64,000 nucleotides of DNA from Octopus sinensis. Taxonomy: Eukaryota. Shown piece by piece: positions 1 through 14,533 of this stretch (positions are counted from its first letter, which is position 1; every line of letters begins with the position of its first letter). A program made the translations under genes and the position numbers. Location of the stretch: NCBI RefSeq assembly GCF_006345805.1, contig NC_043006.1:41354001-41418000 (forward strand). The letters are read 5' to 3'. The notes below the pieces were generated by a model. The model ran no database searches. It was not told where the DNA came from and saw only the letters and a program-made list of their open reading frames with translations.

Positions 1-455
1 CTATATTTAGTCCCTTGTCGGCAATAAAGAAATAAGAATCGTTAGCACACCAGGCAAAATGCTTAGCGACCTTTCGCCTGGCTTTACGCTGTGAATTCAA
101 ATTCCACTGTGGTCGACTTTCTCTTTCATCCTTTGGAGGTCATAAAATAAGTACCAACTGAACACTTGGTTCGGTGAAATCGACTTTGACCCCCTCACCC
201 GAAAATGCAGGGCAAAACTTAAAACCAACGTATGCAAAACGTCAGGTGACGAGCTGGCAGAATCGTTAGCACGCCGGTCAAAGTTCTTAGCGGCATTTCG
301 TCAGTCTTTACGTTCTGGGTCCGAATTTCACTAAAGACGACTTTACCTTTCATCCTTTCTGGGGTCAATAAAACAAATATCAGCTGAGCACTAGGAACAA
401 TGTAATCGACTCGCCACCTTTCCCCGAAACTGCTGGTCTTGCGCCAAAATTAGAA
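1..455 (+). mobile_element. Two tandem degenerate copies of SINE family A (tRNA-derived)
   Basis: Family signature gagctggcagaatcgttagcacgccgg...ttacgttctg...gactttrcctttcatccttt...aatcgact recurs many times in the window. Confidence 0.8.
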
Positions 456-907
456 GCTCACACATACCAAACTATGACAGATTGCTGTAATTAAGGAAAA
501 ATAATTTCTAATTCTAAGGTCGCTTTTTCTGAAGGACTCAGAGTGTGGATGAGCGACATACAAGCTTTTCTTCTAGCAACAAAAGCTAAGTTGATTTGAC
601 CAGACTGTCACGACGTTTAATTTTGAGGAGGTTATGCCTCGAGCTGGTGCGCTTGTTTGAATGAAATTATGAAAATAATATTTATGAGGCTGACAGGCGC
701 CTCTGACGATAATTGACCAATTCTGTTTTCTTTATCTTACCCAATATTTTTTCGACATTTCTAAATAGAATTGAATATTGCAGATTTGAAAATAGATTTC
801 CACATTTTTCAAGATTTATAATAGCGATGAAGAAAAAAAATATATGTAATAAACAAATAAAATAATATTTTCTCTCATATCTTGGTCCAGCATTATACAC
901 ACACACG

Positions 908-1190
<283 letters not shown>

Positions 1191-1445
1191 AGTTATACTC
1201 TTGATATTGTCACGTGATACTTGTATCGTCTGCTCGAAGCATCTTCAGATCATCCACCCGGTTTATGGATACATTTCCCACTCGTTCCCAAATTCATCAC
1301 ACATGATTACCCCGGCCTTTTCTGTTATTTCCCTTTTGTTTCGACTCTGAACATATACATGACTTCTATATTTAAACACATCTAATACAAACACAAGCAT
1401 AGACATATACACACATTCCTACTTTCATCTCCCACATATGCATCT

Positions 1446-1524
<79 letters not shown>

Positions 1525-2305
1525 ATGTCTGATCGATTACTTTGATTTTATTCAACATGGCAGAGCCGTTTTTATAGGAGTGATTATTTAATCAGTTAAA
1601 AAGCCCGTACCAGTGTGCTTTCGCATTGCTTAAATGCTATCAATAAATCAGAACTGACCATATTTCTATCCCATCGATATAAAAATGATTAAATATAATA
1701 TGAACGCCATCTAGGAATAAATTAAATCTTGGTATTGGCTCTTTCATTTCAAAAGCATAAATGCAAAAGAACAACTTTCTATACAGCTCTATAACCATCA
1801 GGTTGATAACCTGCTGACGGATACGTGTGTTGAAGGATGGAACCTGGCTCCAGAATACATCTATTCGCGAAAGATGGCGCATATCATTATTTGTCACTCT
1901 TGTCCATAGAACAAATAATATGTAATAATACTGTATTTGTTATGCTTTATTGTACAACGTGATATGCAAATATGATGCTCAAATATTATATATTCAAATA
2001 TAATACAACATTCTAATTCAATATGATATTCAAACACAGCATTCACGTACAATATTCTATATAAAGGGAAATGAACAAACATTTATTGAATATCCAACTC
2101 TTAGAATTAAACATTTTGAAATATTTTAATATATATCTAGGCGTAGGTTTAGCTTTGTTGTGAATATGTCTTGTAATCACGTGGTTTCGTGTTCAATCTC
2201 ATTGTAGCGCTACACCTGGCATAAGTGCCTTCTACTGGAATCTGGGGCCGATCTGTGGAGTGAATGCAGTGTACGGAAATTGCCTAAACATAATCTGACT
2301 CATGT

Positions 2306-2338
<33 letters not shown>

Positions 2339-2370
2339 CATACACACATGCATATACATATATATATATA

Positions 2371-2480
<110 letters not shown>

Positions 2481-2527
2481 TACATACAAGTAAAAGAGTA
2501 AAAGAGAGACAGATGTGTGTATGTAGA

Positions 2528-2745
2528 TGCAAACTGGCAGAATCATTGGTGCGTCGAATAAAATGCAAAATTCTGAGTTGCATTTCTTCTGACTCTTTAC
2601 GCTCGGAGATTAAATTCCACCGTCGTCGATTTCGATTTCATCCTATCTACTTAGATAACATAGGAACCTGCTAAGTATTGTGGGTATGTGAATCGCTTAC
2701 ACCCTCCTGCAAAGATTTCTGGGCTTGAGCGAAAATTTGAGATCG
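2528..2745 (+). mobile_element. SINE family A, degenerate
   Basis: ctggcagaatcattgg...aaattccaccgtcgtcgatttcgatttcatcct. Confidence 0.65.
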
Positions 2746-2759
2746 TATTCTATATGCTT

Positions 2760-3160
2760 ATCTTTCTTTTACATTTTTCAGCCATTGGCCGGTAGTCATG
2801 CTGGAGCACAGCCTTTAAGGTTTTAGTGGAATAAATCAACCTCACTACTTACTTCTAAAGTCTGGTAGTTATTCCATCGATGTCTTTAGCCAAACCTCTA
2901 AGTTACGTGGATGGAAACAAACCAACGCCGACTGTCAAATGATGATCGGGGGGACAAACACGCACAGACACGCACACGCGCACATACACACCCACTCACG
3001 TAGATGTCGAGTTTCTTTCAGTTTCTACCTACGAAATCCATTCACAAGACTTTGGTCGGCCCAGGGCAATAGGAAAGAACACTTGCGCAATATACCCTGC
3101 AGTGGGACTGAACTCGGAAGTATGTAGTTTAGAAGCAAACATCTTACCACACAACCACTC
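2760..3160 (-). mobile_element. SINE family B (tRNA head, CORE-like segment, L2-type tail)
   Basis: Matches the copies at 29190-29541 and 53915-54230 (catgctggagcac, ccattcacaag, cagtgggactgaac). Confidence 0.75.
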
Positions 3161-4439
3161 TTTGACAGATATGTGTGTGTGTATTTTGAGTTTGGAGGTA
3201 ACTGGCACTCGTTAAATGAACGTGGAAGTGGCTGACCAGTGCATGGAGGTTGAGCGTGCACAAAATGTGACAAGCCTGGCCCTTTAAAATGCAGGTTCTA
3301 GTCAATTTTACCACCTACATGGATTGGAGCAACGTGAAATAAAGTGTTGTGCTCAAAGACACAAGGCGGAACCGGGAATCGAACATACGATTTTGCGATC
3401 ATGAACCAAATACCCGAATCTTTAAGCTTCACATCGTCACTTGTTCGGATCTACCACTTGAGAAGCACTTGAGCAGGTTTGTTAACATCCCCATAACCGA
3501 GCGATTCGGCAATAGAGTGATAGCATATGTTCCAGGTTAAAATTCTGGAGATCATTTGCTCAAATAAAAACCTTTCAAGGTGGTACCCCAGTATGTCCGC
3601 ACTCCAATTACTAAAATAAACAAGATTAACAAATAAAGAGAAGGCAAGAAAGGTATCGTGCCATTGTTAATGTAATAAAGCCATCTGAATGCGATTGTGA
3701 CGTAAACAACGATAAAACATCGGACAATGTATATGAAATTTATTACTTTCAGTCTGTCGCAGCCTGTCTATCTGTTTTTCTTTGTGTGTGTTCTGGTTTC
3801 GAACCCCAGCGGCCTTTATATTGTTTTGTATTCTTCAGAGATCGATAAAGTAAGTTATCAGACATATACTGGCACCGAACCATCAACAATAAACGTTTCT
3901 TACAAAACACGTGGCTCTTTGCCAAATACAAGGAAGTAATAATATTGGCTAGCATTATAGACCAAGAACTAGTCTCTGACTTTTCAACTGATATACATAC
4001 ATTTCGGATAGAAAATCAAATCCTATTTGCTACTATGATGGCCCCAAAGACCTATGTAAGATCATTCATAAGCAATGACATTCGATGGCGTATAAGATAC
4101 AATTTTTTTCTCATAAAAATGTCTCAAAAATCACTCTAGGTTCTTTATCCGAAGTTGGGCTCATATAAATATTAATGGCTTTAAAATGCATTCCTCTGAA
4201 TATGTGTAGCAAAAACTAGGCTGCGTCGATATAGCCGTGTGTCATTTATGGTATCAAATATGGTAAATACCATTCAATGTATGGTGACTTCGAAATTAGG
4301 TGAGATGGTTCACAAGCTAATTATTTGGGACCAATGGATGACATTGATAACAAGTTTTTCCCTGTTGTACGATGACAAAATTCATAAACATGTCTACTTA
4401 TGCTTGTGTGTGAACACGCGTGCGTGTTTAAATAGTACG

Positions 4440-4790
<351 letters not shown>

Positions 4791-5459
4791 AGAGACTTTG
4801 ATCTCTGAAACCGAAATGTTTTTATCACAAGAGATTAAAACGGCATAAACTCTGTATATACGTGGTATTAATGGCTACAAAGACTATATCAACAATGACT
4901 TATAATCTCAACACAAGATTTCAGATCAAAACCACTTGGCAAACAAGTAAAACATACGAATAATCTCTCTCTCTCTCTCTCCTCTTCCTCTCACTCTTCC
5001 TCTGTCTCTCCGTATATAAATGATTGTCTCTTTGTGTGCCTGAGTACATGTGCATTACAAATACATAATTATATATTATCTTTCAGCATTAAGATTTCTC
5101 TTGCTCCAGTCATTCTATCGCGCCCTTGCTGGGGCAATGATTTTAGTCGAATATATCGGCTTCAATACTTGCATTTTGAATCTGAATCTTATACCAGTCG
5201 ATCTCTATTGCCGAGCCTTTACGTCATGTGAATGTAAACAAACCATCACTGGTTGTGAAGTGGGGTGGGGCTGGGGAGAAGAACACTGATACGGGCGCAC
5301 ACACACGCACGTTTACGATGGTATTTTGTACAGTTTCCGTTCACCAAATTCACACACAAGACAATAACCACTTATCCAATGCACACGAATTGGAGCTGGA
5401 TCCGAAATCACGAGTTTGTATTTCAAAATAATGGGTGTACTACAAATGATAAGAAGTGC

Positions 5460-5750
5460 AAAGACCCCTTTCAGTCATGAATTACCATGGGGTTGCACCT
5501 AGAAAGTAACCCTCCGAGGCACAAGTATGGGTAAGATCGTTATGGAAAACAGTTGCCCATGCATACTAGCCTGTAATCTCCACGCAACTGGTATTATCCA
5601 TGAGAAAGGCAAAGACCGATACAGCTTGGCACCAGTAACGTCGTAACCCATTTCTATAGGTGAGTGAATTAGAGCAACGTGAAATAAAGTCTCTTGCTTA
5701 AGAACCCAACACACGGCCCGGTCACGAAATTTCTTTTGCGTACAGCCAGA
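5460..5750 (-). mobile_element. SINE fragment: CORE-like body shared with family C, different 3' tail
   Basis: gagcaacgtgaaataaagt...cttgct matches the family C core in reverse. The tail catgaattaccatggggttgcacctagaaagt is the reverse complement of a similar stretch near 6400-6450. Confidence 0.55.
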
Positions 5751-7049
5751 GCTCAACTGTCAAACTAATTTATGAGCGCATAACAAGTGATGGGTGATAA
5801 GATAAGGTCACTTGGGTAAGGAATGACCATGCTTCTTTTCACTTTTAATAATGCTTGTTGTTCTTGTTCTTGTTTCAACCATAGCTGCCTCAGCGTAGTT
5901 ATTTGTGTTGTTGTTTACTTTGTAAAATAGTAAGGGAGAAGGTTGCTAGCACATAACCCTCTACTCCCATTTTTCTCATCCACGTCTTTACCACATGGGC
6001 CCTAACAAAATCCGATAATAGGTATAGATGCAAATCTATCTAATTACTTGTCTCCTAAAATCAGGGATAACTTGGCGATCGGTCGATTTACAACACCGTT
6101 CTTTGTCTTGAGTTTATTTGGTAGAGTGCGTTTGTTAACTTGACAACAAGATGTAAGTGAGCTCTGATTGGCTGTATGCAGATGAGTTCAATACTGGGGT
6201 CCGGAACTCTCGTGGGAAAAAAAATTCGCGGCTCGGTCCCGGAATCGAACTCAGTCCCTCATGATTGTGAGCCTGACAATCTGAGCTATAATGAGTTGCG
6301 ACGTCACTGGTGCCAAGCTGTATCGACCTTGGCTTTTCTCAGGATAACATCGGTGGCGTGGAAAGAGGAGATCTTCCTCAAACAACCTTGTCCGAACTTG
6401 TACCTCGGAGAGGAACTTTCTAGGTGCATCTCAGAGTCATTCATGACCAAATGGAGTCTTTACCCTTTTAGAAATGTTGGGTAGGCCAAAAGCAGTCATA
6501 AATGAATCTATATTTCATACATGCTTTTTCTCTCTCTCGCTCTCTCATACACATGTGCACACACACAAATACACACACACACAAATATACTCACACACAC
6601 ACACATACACACACACATACAGCAAATGAAAATTCTGGTTATTAATAAGTATCACCATCATAACATTCATTCAGCTATATTTGGGTCATAATTGTTTTCT
6701 TTTGAAATAGATGCCAGTGTATTACTGGTATTAACTGAAGGATTGATACTATCATTCTCACATACGAACAGTATAATCACGTGGTATATACTTAAGAACC
6801 AAGCCGAGAGCCAAAGTTTTGTGCGTGTGTGTGTGTTTGTGTGTGTGCGCAGGATTGTTTGTGCAGTATGTAGTGTGTGAATATTCAAGAGTGAAGGAGA
6901 AAGGGAGGTCAGAGAAAGACAGAGTAGTTGCGATTATTACATATTTAAGATATGGTGAGCAGTCATAAATCTTAATTAAATATATAAATAAATACATGTA
7001 AAATGGAATGTAAACAGATAATATATACCAGCCGGCTTGCTAATTTGAT

Positions 7050-7051
7050 GA

Positions 7052-7088
<37 letters not shown>

Positions 7089-7153
7089 AAGAGGGAGAGA
7101 GAGAGAAGCAAATAGATAAATAGATAGATAGACAGACAGAGAGAAGGCAAATT

Positions 7154-7228
<75 letters not shown>

Positions 7229-7517
7229 TGATTGATAAGTGGTAGCATAATGAAATAGGTTGATAGCTATAGAAATATGTAGATAGTAGATAAGAAATTA
7301 CATAAATTGGGAGAGAGAGAGAAAGATAAGAGAGATAGAGACAAAGATATAGATATGCAGATACGAAGATAAATAGATAGGCAAATAAATAGATAAAAAG
7401 CTATCGAGATAGAAAAGCCGTAAGTTAGATAGCTAACGAGCAAGATATATAGTTCGGTAGACAGATAGTCAGATACGAAAATTGATTGGCAGGTAGATAG
7501 ATAGATAGATAAATATA

Positions 7518-7589
<72 letters not shown>

Positions 7590-7599
7590 ACATAGATAG

Positions 7600-7630
<31 letters not shown>

Positions 7631-7777
7631 GAGTAGATAGATAAGAGATAGATGATAGATAGATAGAGAACAGGCCAATATATAAATATATAGATAGATA
7701 AGTAATGGCATATAGTTAAATAAAAAAGTTGATAGGTATAGAAATATGTAGACAGTAGATAGGAAATTACATAAATT

Positions 7778-7841
<64 letters not shown>

Positions 7842-7969
7842 GATATGTAAGTAAATAGATTGGTAAATGATTAAATAGAAAATGAAAGTCCATCGAGATA
7901 GAAAAATCGCGCGTTAGTAGCTAGAAGATATATAGTTCGTTAGGCAGATAGTGAGATACGGAAACAGAC

Positions 7970-8050
<81 letters not shown>

Positions 8051-8097
8051 TGGAGGTAAACAGATAGATAGATAAACTGATTGGTAGGTAGAGGGAG

Positions 8098-8175
<78 letters not shown>

Positions 8176-8180
8176 ATTGA
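7050..8180. repeat. Complex (GATA)n/(GA)n satellite with a higher-order duplication of about 475 bp
   Basis: 7258-7500 is repeated at 7728-7975 (gttgatag..tatagaaatatgtaga...aattacataaattgggagagag). Confidence 0.85.
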
Positions 8181-8340
8181 TAAACAGACTCGAGAAGACA
8201 GGGAAAGAAAACAAACTGTATGAGAAAAAGGGAGGTAAGAATAATAAAATGTTACAGGCAGATTAGACATATATAGGGAGAAAAGATCAGGGAGAATGAG
8301 GGTGAGGATGGCCAAGAAGGTAACAAAGCAGGATGAAGAG

Positions 8341-8382
<42 letters not shown>

Positions 8383-8693
8383 GGGGATTGAGGGAGAGAG
8401 AGTTAGGAAAAGCGAGAAAAATATTAAAAAAAGCAAGATTATGCTGTCACATAAACTGCATTATCATTGCAAGAAATTCAATAATAATCTACACATCGCA
8501 ATAATCAGTTGTATATATGTATATATATGTAAATATACACACATTCGGATAAAAATATGAATGATATATTTATGTATTCATACACGAATTTATGTATATG
8601 AATGGAGTCGTTTTGAAGAAGGGAACGGTAAAATGAAATTTATGACGAAGTTTATGAGTAGTTTGTTGCGTTTCTTTCTAAACCGATAATAAT

Positions 8694-9035
8694 GCGGCGA
8701 GCTGGCACAAAACGTTAGCACGCAGGGCGAAATGCTTTGTGGTATTTCGTCCGCCGCTTCGTTCTGAGTTCAAATTCCGCTGAGCTCGACTTTGCCTTTC
8801 ATCCTTTCGGGGTCGATAAATTAAGTACCAGTTACGCACTGGAGTCGATGTTATCGACTTAATCCCTTTGTCTGTCCTTGTTTGTCTCCTCTATGTTTAG
8901 CCCCTTGTGGGCAATAAAGAAATAAGAAACGTTTGCACGCCGGGCGAAATGCTTTGTGATATTTCGTCCGCCGCTGTGTTCTGAGTTCAAATTCCGCCGA
9001 GGTCGACTTTGCCTTTCATCCTTTCGGGGTCAATG
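8694..9035 (+). mobile_element. SINE family A, full copy plus tandem partial copy
   Basis: gcggcgagctggcacaaaacgttagcacg...gagttcaaattccgc (B box)...ggcaataaagaaataag, then the unit restarts. Confidence 0.85.
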
Positions 9036-10244
9036 TAATAAAAAATCGCTGTTTCTTTCTAAACAGTGCGTTTTATTTCCATACCGTTTCTAAACCCAAA
9101 CGTACATATAAATGAAAGTATTCCTACGGTCTACACGGCACGCAGATTGTGCATAGCCCTTCATTTCCCGTTGCTTCAGTCCACTCGGCTGTAAATAACT
9201 AACCCTGCGACAGACTAGCCTTCTGATGACGGGGAATATTGGCCTGCTCGCCAAACCAGTGGGGTAGTATCATTCAAAAACTTAAATGATACACAGCGCA
9301 TTGTGAACAGTGATGCATGACAATATCTGATTGTCTGGTCGATCACATGATCACGCGATATTTATTCATATGTTTCGGCAGATTCGAACATGACTATTCT
9401 AATCTCTGCTATATTTCGTCATGATAGTACAACTTCTTTAAGACAAATATGTGTTTCATAACACACCTGATTCATAAGTGTAAGGGGACTCTGGTACACC
9501 TGCTGTTTCGACATCATTCTGTCTCAACAGTTAAAAGCACCTTGAACAAGAGTGCATGACTCTTGTTTATATGTTTGTCAAAGAAATTATTTTCCGATTC
9601 GTAATTTTCTTACCCTCTTCCACGCACACAGAAACAACACCTCATCATTTTCTTTCATTTTACTTTTATTTCACTTCTTTGATAGTGTAGCAGAACACAC
9701 TCTAAATTACTTGTTTAGAAATATATTTTTCATATATTATGAATATTTTCGACGTTCAAGGATTGATCCAAATTTTAGATTTTAATTTCTGGAATGATAA
9801 TTAAAATTTTCACTTAACTTTTAAATTGAAAGGTTTCCATAACAAACGGCAAAACAATCTGATTTAAGCAAAGCAATTGTTACAATACTGAAAACGAAGT
9901 GAAAATAAACATGCACTTCTGTTATCAATGCGTCGTTAATAACTTTAAAAATATATACAATATATAAGCATAGGGGGAAACAATGGTAAAAGCTCTAAGA
10001 TTTAGGACAGGAATTAAACCTAAAATAATATATACGTTTACACATATATACACACACAATAAAACACACTCACATGGTATTGCTAAGGGTATTGCTAAAG
10101 GCCTAGTTGGAGGCACAACATTCCGAGTTCTTTTACTGGGTTTAGGAAAAGCTGAAGGACCGCTCCAATAAGTGTTTGAATCTGAGAGAGGAATGTGTTG
10201 AATAAAATCCTAATTAACTGATCCTCTTGTATTTTCTTTTACCC

Positions 10245-10275
10245 AAAGCCAGGAACTTTTCAGCACCCCCTCGTA
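10245..10275 (-). mobile_element. Solo mariner-type terminal inverted repeat
   Basis: Reverse complement TA|cgagggggtgctgaaaagttcctggcttt begins like the TA|cgagggg TIR of the mariner at 60892; no partner TIR seen. Confidence 0.45.
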
Positions 10276-10587
10276 TATATATTTGAATAAATACACTCAC
10301 GTTCATATATATTTATAGATATATACATGTACGCATACAAACATACATAATTACATACATACACACACGTATATATGCTTGCATAGCTCAGTTGGTTACA
10401 GCGTCAATACAGTAAACTGAAGTTCGACAGTTCGCATCCATATGGTGACTTGGATTTTGTGCAGCAACTTAAGCAAATGTTTTCTGCCTTGAACCCAGCC
10501 GATCAATATCTGGATCTGGTATGGGATTTAGTAAATGGAAACTGCATGATGTATATACATACATACATACATACATACATACATACA

Positions 10588-10619
<32 letters not shown>

Positions 10620-10895
10620 GATAGATAGATAAATAGATATGTAGGTAGGTAGGTATGGTTTAATGTTTAAACTGTTCGACTTGTGATCATGATAGTCAGT
10701 TCTATCCTTGGTCGTTGCTTGGCCTTCTCTTTGTGGAAAGGCACATCTGATGATGATATTTATACATACATATTTACTGTATAGGTGAACGTGAAAATAT
10801 ATAGCATGTAGAACTTTAGAGGTACATATTTTCATATATATATTCGTATGCAAATAACTCTGCTTAATATGTAACCGACGGAGTGCCACGGTATA

Positions 10896-10996
<101 letters not shown>

Positions 10997-11493
10997 GTAT
11001 ATATATATGTAATAATATGTATATATATATATAATATATATATATATATATGAAAAAACAAGTAAAAAATAGAAAATGCTAGAATAATTTTATAGTGAAC
11101 ATTTCAGTACCGGTTTCGGTCATTTTGAGACCTTTTCAAATGTAACGATTAAATAATTAAATTTAGAAAAAATTAGAAGAAAAGTTTTCTTAAAAGAATA
11201 TTTCTATAGTAGTGTTCAGATTTAAGTGGCATTCTGCCTTTCTCTGACTCCCTTGTTTGCACTTGTGTGTTCGAGGTAGTTGTGAGTTCTTGGTAGGGTA
11301 GTAGAGGGAAGGCTGGTGAGGAAAGGGGGGTGGGAGAATCTGGGAGTGCCCTGATGGTCGTATTTTGAATGGTCAGTGGCGGCTGGCAGTCTCAGTTCAA
11401 TTCAGGAGAATATTATATTGACAGGCTTGTTTATAGAATTAGCGTAGGTGTTATACTAAAAAACATTAGTGACAAACTTAAGGGGTGGGGTGG

Positions 11494-11710
11494 AGAAGAA
11501 GAGAAGAAGAAGAAGAAGGAGAAGGAGAGAGGAGAAGATGATGGTGATGGTGGTGATGATTATGACGACGATGATGATGATAACGATGATGATGAAGAAG
11601 AAGAAGGAGGAGAAGGAGAAGATGGTGGTGATGATGGTGGCGATGATGATGACGCGATGATGATGATAACGATGATGATGAAGAAGAAGAAGAAGAAAAA
11701 AACAGAGAAG
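11494..11710. repeat. (GAA)n/(GAT)n/(GGT)n trinucleotide low-complexity tract
   Basis: Direct inspection. Confidence 0.9.
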
Positions 11711-11829
11711 GGAGAATATGAATAGGTGTAAATATAGCTATGAAGGGGCTGATTAGTAATGATTCTATGGAGTGTAGTATTTGTGTGTGTATATATATTT
11801 TTTTCTTTATTCTAAAACGTTGAGGTATA

Positions 11830-12111
11830 TTAACTGTTTGTCGTAGACCCGTTAAGAAGTGGCTTGTATTTTGTAATAAAGAGATTTTCTTTACTTATTC
11901 TTTGTCTCGAGGTTGTATCGTCCCTAATTGGTAGAGGGGGAAAAATTCTGAAGTTTGGTGTTTTTTTTTTGTTGGCGCAAGTATCTATGTGTTGGCTAAA
12001 AGCTATTTTTCTGTTTTGGGGAATTTTTATCTGGGATCTGTGCAGGGCCATTCGTTTACGCAAACAATTTTTTGTTTGGCCTATGTACTGCTCTTGACAC
12101 CCGGAGCAGGT
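11830..12111 (-). pseudogene. PLE GIY-YIG endonuclease fragment
   Basis: ITCSGCQEQYIGQTKNCLRKRMALHRSQI...HIDTC...RISKENLFITKYKPLLN: CxxC-YIG, catalytic R, H, E and terminal LN motifs. Confidence 0.85.
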
Positions 12112-12181
12112 TATATATATATATATATGTATATATTATATATATATAATCTATATATAATATGTGTATATATATATATTA

Positions 12182-12237
<56 letters not shown>

Positions 12238-12907
12238 AATATATATACACCATATACATATACATGGGCATATATTCTATCGTCGATGCAATTATAGCCT
12301 TTTTTCGAATAAAATCAATCAATATTACTCTCGGTTAATTCGTTAATAGTTGATAATTAAGGCGTATATTAAATACTGATTTATAATTAATCATTTTATG
12401 AAAACGAAAACCTTTTGTCCCGCCTTACATAAACAATTTAATTATAATGTAACATAGAGCTTGTGCTCAGATGAATAAGTAAATTGCAGAATAGCTTCTA
12501 GTCTTCTGTATTTTTCCTTCTACATCATATTCACGTTTATTCCCTATCACTTTCACTACACATGTTTAAATGTATGTAGAAGTCGTTGTTCTACATCATT
12601 CTGCATGCTGGTATCTCTCTGTGTGTGTGTGTATGTGTGAGTGTAACTGTGTGTGTACATATAAATATATATGTACATATATATATATATATGTATGTAT
12701 ATATGTATACACACACACACACATATATATATGCATACATATATAATAAACAATATAAATATATATATCCATATATATATATCATATACTAATATATATT
12801 ATATGTATACACCCACATACATATATATATATATCTATATATATATATATACACCACATATATATATGTATATATATGTATGTATATATATACACCACGT
12901 ATATATA

Positions 12908-13925
12908 TTTTTTTTCTCTCTAGTTTCAGCTCAGAGCTGCGGCCATGCTGATGCACCGCCGTTTTGTGCTACACTGTTATTGCGAAGAAACTCGTCTAAT
13001 ATGTGGCACTTGGTGAAGAATGGAGTTTGATATAGCTACTCTCATTTGCACCTCTTGCCGTGAGGTAGGTTCATCTGGGACTCTCGACAGGAAGATGTCC
13101 AGCTTTGATTTAAAAACCGCTACATTACTTTGCGCAAGTTCCTCAGACTCTTTGGAGAATATTAAAAAGCTGTGGGCCCTTGAACCAGGCTGTTGCAGAA
13201 GCTGGTCCTGAAGCGTGATGCATTGCTGGGATCTTTGGCACTATGCAGTGTCGTCCCGTTCTAGCATTGGTGTAGCTTACAATGCCAAAATTTGGCACAA
13301 TTCCTTCCAGGATCTTCCAGACATATATTACTGCATACCTCTCCCGTCTTCTCTCCAGGGAGTAGAGAGTCTTAGCTGTTTCAACCTTTCCCAGTAGGAG
13401 TGTTGCAAAGAGACGATCTTCTTTGTGAATCTTCTCTGGATTGCTTCAAGGTCCGCTGTTAATTTTACACTGGTGGGTGACCATAGCTGTGAGCAGTAAT
13501 CCAGGCGGCTGAGAACGAATGTCCGCCAGAGGACCATCATCGTTTCCTTATCTCTGATTTTGAATGTTCTTAGGATCCACCCAGCCAGTCGTCTGCACTT
13601 TGTCGCCATCCTGGTAATGTGCACTTGGAAAGAGGTATTATTACTCATGTCGATACCCAGGTCCCTCACAGACTTAGGCTCTGGGATTGAAATTCCCTGT
13701 GGACCGGTGTATCCTGTAAGTTTAATATTCAGTTTTGGATGCTGGTAGCGCAGGGCCTGGAATTTTTCAGCATTAAACTGCATATTATTATCCTCAGCCC
13801 ATCTGTAGATTGAGTCCAACTCATGCTGCAGGTGTGCAACATCGCTGGGGTTCTGTATTTTCTGCGAGACTTTCGTATCGTCTGCATAGCTGGCCAGAGT
13901 GGCTATCCGGGCATTTGAGGGCATA
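12908..13925 (-). mobile_element. 5'-truncated L2/CR1-group LINE (RT C-terminal half and 3' tail)
   Basis: ASYADDTKV, WAEDNNMQFNAEKF, RDLGI, LDYCSQLWSP, FKSKLDIFLSRVPDEP; frameshifted; short tail ending in an A-rich run. Confidence 0.9.
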
Positions 13926-13941
13926 TGCGTCGAGAGGATAC

Positions 13942-13988
13942 CTGCTACTGATGAAGTGCACGTACGCTGAAAGCATGTGATCTAGTAG
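13942..13988 (+). ncRNA. Type I hammerhead-like motif with imperfect stem III
   Basis: ctgcta CTGATGA agtg-cacgta-cgct GAAA gcatgtga TC tagtag; stem I ctgcta/tagtag. Confidence 0.5.
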
Positions 13989-14129
13989 TTACGCCTCCTG
14001 TGTGAGACAATCCTCGTCTGTAACCAATATGTATGTCTATAGCGCAGTATGTCTGTATGAAAGGATCTGTTAAGGTTGAAATAATGCATACTGAATATAC
14101 TGATACACTGATACATAGATATGAATATG

Positions 14130-14162
<33 letters not shown>

Positions 14163-14452
14163 ATATATATATAGATAGATAGATACATACATACATAATA
14201 CATACATACATACATACATACATACATAAAGCATTTGCAGGATTATTTAGAATTTAATCGCATGAAGAACTAGGACGCCAGACAGGCTCGGTATCATAAC
14301 ATTGTGATCACATCTAAGGAAAACAACCAACAGGTGTCATTTGTTGGTATTGTATTCATGCATGTATGAATGGGCACTGAATCCAATATAAGGCGTAAGA
14401 TCCGACTAAGAGTTATTTCCAGTTTACGCGTATATATGCAAAAAGGCACGAA

Positions 14453-14533
14453 TTTACTACAACTGTTTCGATAGCATTTTATTGATGCTTTCTTAGATTA
14501 CATCATAGCAAAAATGCATCATCCTCAGGTAAA
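14453..14533 (-). ncRNA. Minimal type I hammerhead ribozyme motif
   Basis: Minus strand: tttac CTGAGGA t gatgcatttt...aaaatgctatc GAAA cagttg TA gtaaa; stem I 5 bp. Confidence 0.65.

Larger units (their letters stand above)
11050..12111 (-). mobile_element. 5'-truncated Penelope-like element: GIY-YIG end plus 3' pseudo-LTR
   Basis: GIY-YIG remnant at 11830-12111 followed by a non-coding tail with a degenerate HHR-like motif (ttgaaaa ggtc..gacc gaaa ccgg ta) at about 11101-11147; flanked by (TA)n. Confidence 0.7.

Noticed and set aside
10378-10450. tRNA-like sequence
   Set aside because: A box present but stems degenerate; probably an old SINE head.
11369-11725. 118-aa acidic/basic ORF
   Set aside because: Trinucleotide low-complexity tract lying antisense inside a PLE remnant.
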